From positions 4,960,001 to 5,024,000 of the forward strand of contig OZ176052.1 of the NCBI GenBank assembly GCA_964247055.1: 64,000 nucleotides of DNA. Direction: 5' to 3'. This DNA comes from Paragordius varius. Its lineage: Eukaryota > Animalia > Nematomorpha. The notes under the pieces were generated by a model, which was given only the letters and a program-made list of their open reading frames with translations, did no database searches and was not told the origin of the DNA. Each line of letters opens with the position of its first letter. Position 1 is the stretch's first letter. Below, piece after piece: positions 55,920 through 64,000 of the stretch. Position numbers and translations under genes: made by a program.

Positions 55920-57030
55920 TAAGAAACCCTTCTTCATAACCTCTTCCCTTAGTTTCATCCTTCTTCTTATCCCCTTCATCCGTTTCTAATTTTTCACACT
56001 TTTTCATAACCCATTTCTCCGTTGGTTTAGTTTCATATCCTTCATCCGTTTTAATTTTGTACCCTTCTCCATAGCCCGTTCCTCCGTTGATTTCGTCCTT
56101 TTTTATATTCACTCAATCCGGTTTTAATTTCGCACTCTTCATCTTAATCAATTATCAGTCAGTTTCGTCCTTTTTAATATCCACTTCATCCTTTTTAAAT
56201 TTTCTACCCTTCTTCATAACCAACTACGCCTTTAATTTCGTCTTTCTTACTCCCATTCTAAGTTTTCTAAGATATCGTTGTTCATAATAAATTTTACCTC
56301 TTCTTCATAGCTAATTCCTTCGTTATTTTCATCCTTCTTCATATCATTATCCGTTTCTAATTTTCAGCTATTCTTCATAACCAATTTCTCGGTTAGTTTC
56401 GTCCTATGTCACATCGCCATTATCCTTTCTAAAATCTCGTCCTTCTTCATATCCGCAGCTGTTTCTAAATTTCTAAGGTTCTCTATATTCATTCCTCCTT
56501 TGGTTTGGTTATTCTTCTATATCCACTTCCTCCGTTTCATATTCTCCCTTCTCTTCATATCCAATTCCGTTTTTATAAAGTTTAACCCTTCTTCATATCC
56601 ACTTCATCTGTTTCTTGTAAAGTTTAACCCTTCTTCACATCCTCATCCGTTTCTTATAAAATTTTAACCTTCTTCATATCCACTATATCCGTTCCTCATA
56701 AAGTTTCGCCTTTCTTCACATCCAATTCACCCGTTCCTTCTAAATTTTCACACTTCTTCACATCCATTTCATCCGTTTCTAATTATCCACCCTTCTCCAT
56801 AACCCATTCTTTGTTAGTTTCGTCCTTCTTCATATCACTTTCATCATTTTCCTCTATAGTTTAACCCTTCTTCATATCCACTTCATCCGTTTCTTTTATA
56901 GTTTCACCCTTTATCGGCTTCATCCACTTTATCTGTTTCTTCTAAAGTTTAACCTTTCTTCATATCCAATTCATTCGTTTCTCATAAAGTTTCGCACTTC
57001 TTCACATCCAATTCACCCGTTTCTAAAGTT
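55920..57030. repeat. Degenerate edge of the satellite (diverged 36-42 bp units)
   Basis: Recurrent CCTTCTTCATA(T/A)CC, TTCATCCGTTTCT and TTAGTTTCGTCC motifs, becoming more like the 42-mer towards the right. Confidence 0.8.
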
Positions 57031-60000
57031 TCACCCTTCTTCATATCCACTTCATCCGTTTCTTCTATAGTTTCACCCTTCTTCATATCCTCTTCAAACG
57101 TATCTTCTAAAGTTGCACCCCTTCTTCATATCCTCTTCATCCGTTTCTTCTATAGTTTCACCCTTCTTCATATCCTCTTCAAACGTTCTTCTAAAGTTGC
57201 ACCCTTCTTCATATCCTCTTCAACCGTTTCTTCTATAGTTTCACCCTTCTTCATATCCTCTTCAACCGTTTCTTCTATAGTTTCACCCTTCTTCATATCC
57301 TCTTCAAACGTTTCTTCTAAAGTTGCACCCTTCTTCATATCCTCTTCAACCGTTTCTTCTAAAGTTCCACCCTTCTTCATATCCTTTTACACTGTTTCTT
57401 CTAAAGTTTCACCCTTCTTCATATCCTTTTACACCGTTTCTTCTAAAGTTTCACCCTTCTTCATATCCTTTTACACCGTTTCTTCTAAAGTTTCACCCTT
57501 CTTCATATCCTCTTCAACCGTTTCTTCTAAAGTTCCACCCTTCTTCATATCCTTTTACACCGTTTCTTCTAAAGTTTCACCCTTCTTCATATCCTTTTAC
57601 ACCGTTTCTTTTATAGTTTCACCCTTCTTCATATCCTTTTATACCGTTTCTTCTAAAGTTTCACCCTTCTTCATATCCTCTTCAACCGTTTCTTCTATAG
57701 TTTCACCCTTCTTCATATCCTCTTCAACCGTTTCTTCTAAAGTTCCACCCTTCTTCATATCCTTTTACACCGTTTCTTCTAAAGTTTCACCCTTCTTCAT
57801 ATCCTTTTACACCGTTTCTTCTAAAGTTCCACCCTTCTTCATATCCTTTTACACCGTTTCTTCTAAAGTTTTACCCTTTTCATATCCTCTTCAACCGTTT
57901 CTTCTAAAGTTTCACCCTTCTTCATATCTTCTTCAACCGTTTCTTCTAAAGTTTCACCCTTCTTCATATCCTCTTCAACCGTTTCTTCTAAAGTTTCACC
58001 CTTTTCATATCCTCTTCAACCGTTTCTTCTAAAGTTTCACCCTTCTTCATATCCTTTTACACCGTTTCTTCTAAAGTTCCACCCTTCTTCATATCCTTTT
58101 ACACCGTTTCTTCTAAAGTTTTACCCTTTTCATATCCTCTTCAACCGTTTCTTCTAAAGTTTCACCCTTCTTCATATCTTCTTCAACCGTTTCTTCTAAA
58201 GTTTCACCCTTCTTCATATCTTCTTCAACCGTTTCTTCTAAAGTTCCACCCTTCTTCATATCCTTTTACACCGTTTCTTCTAAAGTTTTACCCTTTTCAT
58301 ATCCTCTTCAAACGTTTCTTCTAAAGTTGCACCCTTCTTCATATCCTCTTAATCCGTTTCTTCTGAAATTTCACCCTTCTTCATATCCTCTTCAAACGTT
58401 TCTTCTAAAGTTTCACCCTTCTTCATATCCTCTTCAACTTCTATAGTTTCACCCTTCTTCATATCCTCTTCAACCGTTTCTTCTAAAGTTTCACCCTTCT
58501 TCATATCCTTTTACACCGTTTCTTCTAAAGTTTCACCCTTCTTCATATCCTCTTCAAACGTTTCTTCTAAAGTTCCACCCTTCTTCATATCCTCTTCAAC
58601 CGTTTCTTCTATAGTTTCACCCTTCTTCATATCCTCTTCAAACGTTTCTTCTAAAGTTTCACCCTTCTTCATATCCTTTACACCGTTTCTTCTAAAGTTT
58701 CACCCTTCTTCATATCCTTTTACACCGTTTCTTCTAAAGTTTCACCCTTCTTCATATCCTCTTCAAACGTTTCTTCTAAAGTTTCACCCTTCTTCATATC
58801 CTCTTCAACCGTTTCTTCTAAAGTTTCACCCTTTTCATATCCTCTTCAACCGTTTCTTCTAAAGTTTCACCCTTCTTCATATCCTCTTCAAACGTTTCTT
58901 CTAAAGTTGCACCCTTCTTCATATCCTCTTAATCCGTTTCTTCTAAAGTTTCACCCTTCTTCATATCCTCTTCAAACGTTTCTTCTAAAGTTGCACCCTT
59001 CTTCATATCCTCTTCAAACGTTTCTTCTAAAGTTCCACCCTTCTTCATATCCTCTTCAACCGTTTCTTCTATAGTTTCACCCTTCTTCATATCCTCTTCA
59101 ACCGTTTCTTCTATAGTTTCACCCTTCTTCATATCCTCTTCAACCGTTTCTTCTAAAGTTTCACCCTTCTTCATATCCTTTTACACCGTTTCTTCTAAAG
59201 TTTCACCCTTTTCATATCCTCTTCAACCGTTTCTTCTAAAGTTTCACCCTTCTTCATATCCTCTTCAACCGTTTCTTCTAAAGTTTCACCCATCTTCATA
59301 TCCTTTTACACCGTTTCTTCTAAAGTTTCACCCTTCTTCATATCCTTTTACACCGTTTCTTCTAAAGTTTCACCCTTCTTCATATCCTCTTCAACCGTTT
59401 CTTCTAAAGTTCCACCCTTCTTCATATCCTTTTACACCGTTTCTTCTAAAGTTTCACCCTTCTTCATATCCTTTTACACCGTTTCTTCTAAAGTTTCACC
59501 CTTCTTCATATCCTCTTCAACCGTTTCTTCTATAGTTTCACCCTTCTTCATATCCTCTTCAACCGTTTCTTCTAAAGTTCCACCCTTCTTCATATCCTTT
59601 TACACCGTTTCTTCTAAAGTTTCACCCTTCTTCATATCCTTTTACACCGTTTCTTCTAAAGTTCCACCCTTCTTCATATCCTTTTACACCGTTTCTTCTA
59701 AAGTTCCACCCTTCTTCATATCCTCTTCATCCGTTTCTTCTAAAGTTTCACCCTTCTTCATATCCTCTTCAACCGTTTCTTCTATAGTTTCACCCTTCTT
59801 CATATCCTCTTCAACCGTTTCTTCTATAGTTTCACCCTTCTTCATATCCTCTTCAAACGTTTCTTCTAAAGTTTCACTCTTCTTCATATCCTCTTCAACC
59901 GTTTCTTCTAAAGTTTCACCCTTCTTCATATCCTCTTCAACCGTTTCTTCTAAAGTTTCACCCTTCTTCATATCCTCTTCAACCGTTTCTTCTATAGTTT

Positions 60001-63000
60001 CACCCTTCTTCATATCCTCTTCAACCGTTTCTTCTAAAGTTTCACCCTTCTTCATATCCTTTTACACCGTTTCTTCTAATGTTTCACCCTTCTTCATATC
60101 CTTTTACACCGTTTCTTCTAAAGTTTCACCCTTCTTCATATCCTCTTCAACCGTTTCTTCTAAAGTTTCACCCTTCTTCATATCCTCTTCAACCGTTTCT
60201 TCTAAAGTTTCACCCTTCTTCATATCCTTTTACACCGTTTCTTCTAAAGTTTCACCCTTCTTCATATCCTTTTACACCGTTTCTTCTAAAGTTTCACCCT
60301 TCTTCATATCCTTTTACACCGTTTCTTCTAAAGTTTCACCCTTCTTCATATCCTCTTCAACCGTTTCTTCTAAAGTTCCACCCTTCTTCATATCCTTTTA
60401 CACCGTTTCTTCTAAAGTTTCACCCTTCTTCATATCCTTTTACACCGTTTCTTCTAAAGTTTCACCCTTCTTCATATCCACTTCAACCGTTTCTTCTATA
60501 GTTTCACCCTTCTTCATATCCTCTTCAACCGTTTCTTCTAAAGTTCCACCCTTTTTCATATCCTTTTACACCGTTTCTTCTAAAGTTTCACCCTTCTTCA
60601 TATTCTTTTACACCGTTTCTTCTAAAGTTCCACCCTTCTTCATATCCTTTTACACCGTTTCTTCTAAAGTTCCACCCTTCTTCATATCCTCTTCAACCGT
60701 TTCTTCTATAGTTTCACCCTTCTTCATATCCTCTTCAACCGTTTCTTCTATAGTTTCACCCTTCTTCATATCCTCTTCAAACGTTTCTTCTAAAGTTTCA
60801 CTCTTCTTCATATCCTCTTCAACCGTTTCTTCTAAAGTTTCACCCTTCTTCATATCCTCTTCAACCGTTTCTTCTAAAGTTTCACCCTTCTTCATATCCT
60901 CTTCAACCGTTTCTTCTATAGTTTCACCCTTCTTCATATCCTCTTCAACCGTTTCTTCTATAGTTTCACCCTTCTTCATATCCTCTTCAACCGTTTCTTC
61001 TAAAGTTTCACCCTTCTTCATATCCTTTTACACCGTTTCTTCTAAAGTTTCACCCTTCTTCATATCCTCTTCAACCGTTTCTTCTAAAGTTTCACCCTTC
61101 TTCATATCCTTTTACACCGTTTCTTCTAAAGTTTCACCCTTCTTCATATCCTTTTACACCGTTTCTTCTAAAGTTTCACCCTTCTTCATATCCTTTTACA
61201 CCGTTTCTTCTAAAGTTTCACCCTTCTTCATATCCTCTTCAACCGTTTCTTCTAAAGTTTCACCCTTCTTCATATCCTTTTACACCGTTTCTTCTAAAGT
61301 TTCACCCTTCTTCATATCCTTTTACACCGTTTCTTCTAAAGTTTCACCCTTCTTCATATCCTCTTCAAACGTTTCTTCTAAAGTTTCACCCTTCTTCATA
61401 TCCTCTTCAACCGTTTCTTCTAAAGTTTCACCCTTTTCATATCCTCTTCAACCGTTTCTTCTAAAGTTTCACCCTTCTTCATATCCTTTTACACCGTTTC
61501 TTCTAAAGTTTCACCCTTCTTCATATCCTCTTCAAACGTTTCTTCTAAAGTTGCATTCTTCTTCATATCCTTTTACACCGTTTCTTCTAAAGTTTCACCC
61601 TTCTTCATATCCTCTTAATCCGTTTCTTCTAAAGTTTCACCCTTCTTCATATCCTCTTCAACCGTTTCTTCTAAAGTTTCACCCTTCTTCATATCCTCTT
61701 CAAACGTTTCTTCTAAAGTTTCACCCTTCTTCATATCCTTTTACACCGTTTCTTCTAAAGTTTCACCCTTCTTCATATCCTCTTCAACCGTTTCTTCTAA
61801 AGTTTCACCCTTTTCATATCCTCTTCAACCGTTTCTTCTAAAGTTTCACCCTTCTTCATATCCTCTTCAAACGTTTCTTCTAAAGTTGCACCCTTCTTCA
61901 TATCCTTTTACACCGTTTCTTCTAAAGTTTCACCCTTCTTCATATCCTCTTCAACCGTTTCTTCTAAAGTTTCACCCTTCTTCATATCCTTTTACACCGT
62001 TTCTTCTAAAGTTTCACCCTTCTTCATATCCTCTTCAAACGTTTCTTCTAAAGTTGCACCCTTCTTCATATCCTCTTAATCCGTTTCTTCTAAAGTTGCA
62101 CCCTTCTTCATATCCTTTTACACCGTTTCTTCTAAAGTTTCACCCTTCTTCATATCCTCTTCAACCGTTTCTTCTAAAGTTTCACCCTTTTCATATCCTC
62201 TTCAACCGTTTCTTCTAAAGTTTCACCCTTCTTCATATCCTCTTCAAACGTTTCTTCTAAAGTTGCACCCTTCTTCATATCCTCTTAATCCGTTTCTTCT
62301 AAAGTTTCACCCTTCTTCATATCCTCTTCAACCGTTTCTTCTAAAGTTTCACCCTTCTTCATATCCTCTTCAAACGTTTCTTCTAAAGTTGCACCCTTCT
62401 TCATATCCTCTTAATCCGTTTCTTCTAAAGTTTCACCCTTCTTCATATCCTCTTCAACCGTTTCTTCTAAAGTTTCACCCTTCTTCATATCCTCTTGACC
62501 GTTTCTTCTAAAGTTTCACCCTTCTTCATATCCTTTTACACCGTTTCTTCTAAAGTTTCACCCTTCTTCATATCCTCTTCAACCGTTTCTTCTAAAGTTT
62601 CACCCTTTTCATATCCTCTTCAACCGTTTCTTCTAAAGTTTCACCCTTCTTCATATCCTCTTAATCCGTTTCTTCTAAAGTTTCACCCTTCTTCATATCC
62701 TCTTCAACTTCTATAGTTTCACCCTTCTTCATATCCTCTTCAACCGTTTCTTCTATAGTTTCACCCTTCTTCATATCCTCTTCAACCGTTTCTTCTAAAG
62801 TTTCACCCTTCTTCATATCCTTTTACACCGTTTCTTCTAATGTTTCACCCTTCTTCATATCCTTTTACACCGTTTCTTCTAAAGTTTCACCCTTCTTCAT
62901 ATCCTCTTCAACCGTTTCTTCTAAAGTTTCACCCTTCTTCATATCCTTTTACACCGTTTCTTCTAAAGTTTCACCCTTCTTCATATCCTCTTCAACCGTT

Positions 63001-64000
63001 TCTTCTAAAGTTTCACCCTTTTCATATCCTCTTCAACCGTTTCTTCTAAAGGTACACCCTTCTTCATATCCTCTTAATCCGTTTCTTCTAAAGTTTCACC
63101 CTTCTTCATATCCTCTTCAACTTCTATAGTTTCACCCTTCTTCATATCCTCTTCAACCGTTTCTTCTATAGTTTCACCCTTCTTCATATCCTCTTCAACC
63201 GTTTCTTCTATAGTTTCACCCTTCTTCATATCCTCTTCAACCGTTTCTTCTAAAGTTTCACCCTTCTTCATATCCTTTTACACCGTTTCTTCTAAAGTTT
63301 CACCCTTCTTCATATCCTCTTCAACCGTTTCTTCTAAAGTTTCACCCTTCTTCATATCCTTTTACACCGTTTCTTCTAAAGTTTCACCCTTCTTCATATC
63401 CTTTTACACCGTTTCTTCTAAAGTTTCACCCTTCTTCATATCCTTTTACACCGTTTCTTCTAAAGTTTCACCCTTCTTCATATCCTCTTCAACCGTTTCT
63501 TCTAAAGTTTCACCCTTCTTCATATCCTTTTACACCGTTTCTTCTAAAGTTTCACCCTTCTTCATATCCTTTTACACCGTTTCTTCTAAAGTTTCACCCT
63601 TCTTCATATCCTCTTCAAACGTTTCTTCTAAAGTTTCACCCTTCTTCATATCCTCTTCAAACGTTTCTTCTAAAGTTGCATTCTTCTTCATATCCTTTTA
63701 CACCGTTTCTTCTAAAGTTTCACCCTTCTTCATATCCTCTTAATCCGTTTCTTCTAAAGTTTCACCCTTCTTCATATCCTCTTCAACCGTTTCTTCTAAA
63801 GTTTCACCCTTCTTCATATCCTCTTCAAACGTTTCTTCTAAAGTTTCACCCTTCTTCATATCCTTTTACACCGTTTCTTCTAAAGTTTCACCCTTCTTCA
63901 TATCCTCTTCAACCGTTTCTTCTAAAGTTTCACCCTTTTCATATCCTCTTCAACCGTTTCTTCTAAAGTTTCACCCTTTTCATATCCTCTTCAACCGTTT
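57030..64000. repeat. 42-bp tandem satellite (about 165 units; continues past the window end)
   Basis: Consensus CCTTCTTCATATCCTCTTCAACCGTTTCTTCTAAAGTTTCAC. Recurrent variants include CTTTTACACC, CAAACG, CTATAG, GTTCCAC/GTTGCAC, CTTAATCC, and 41-bp and 36-bp units. Confidence 0.97.

Noticed and set aside
57323-63966. Plus-strand ORFs FHPSSYPLQPFLLK and TVSSKVSPFFISSS
   Set aside because: By-products of a 42-bp (3n) tandem repeat; interrupted by TAG/TAA variants and 41-bp units, with no splice or start context.
57030-64000. TAA-to-Glu stop codon reassignment suggested by the satellite variant
   Set aside because: HEATR1, PAIP1 and TRAPPC11 end in TAA at conserved C-termini, the 703-codon exon has no internal TAA or TAG, and the array also contains frameshifting units.
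57030-64000. CRISPR-like or telomeric array
   Set aside because: Units are contiguous with no unique spacers, there are no cas genes, the context is eukaryotic, and the unit is not a short G-rich telomere repeat.

Overview
Very AT-rich eukaryotic, most likely animal, genomic DNA; no prokaryotic features, rRNA, tRNA or CRISPR were recognised. Hand splicing gives six protein-coding genes: (1) the 3' part of an unrecognised S/T/N-rich gene (+, <1-10108); (2) a FAM20B-like Golgi xylosylkinase (-, 10698-14952); (3) HEATR1/UTP10 (+, 16031-32925, about 37 exons), head-to-head with FAM20B; (4) a small orphan gene (+, about 35303-36337); (5) a PAIP1-like PAM2+MIF4G gene (+, 37393-44577); (6) TRAPPC11 (-, 44946-52071), tail-to-tail with PAIP1. 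The most striking feature is two intron classes. Ultra-short 20-27 nt GT-AG introns occur only within about 1.3 kb of start codons, while all other modelled introns are about 64 nt to several kb, with nothing in between. Long introns and intergenic DNA carry hAT MITEs, a foldback MITE family with 21-bp subterminal repeats next to (TA)n, a non-autonomous Buster/Charlie-type hAT element with a perfect 8-bp TSD, and an RTE-like LINE relic. The last 8 kb is a strand-asymmetric 42-bp satellite that grades from degenerate to homogeneous, has kb-scale internal duplications, and reads as a stop-riddled MKKGETLEETVEED repeat on the minus strand. All gene models come from manual splicing and recalled protein similarity, not database searches. 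The organism cannot be assigned from this window.
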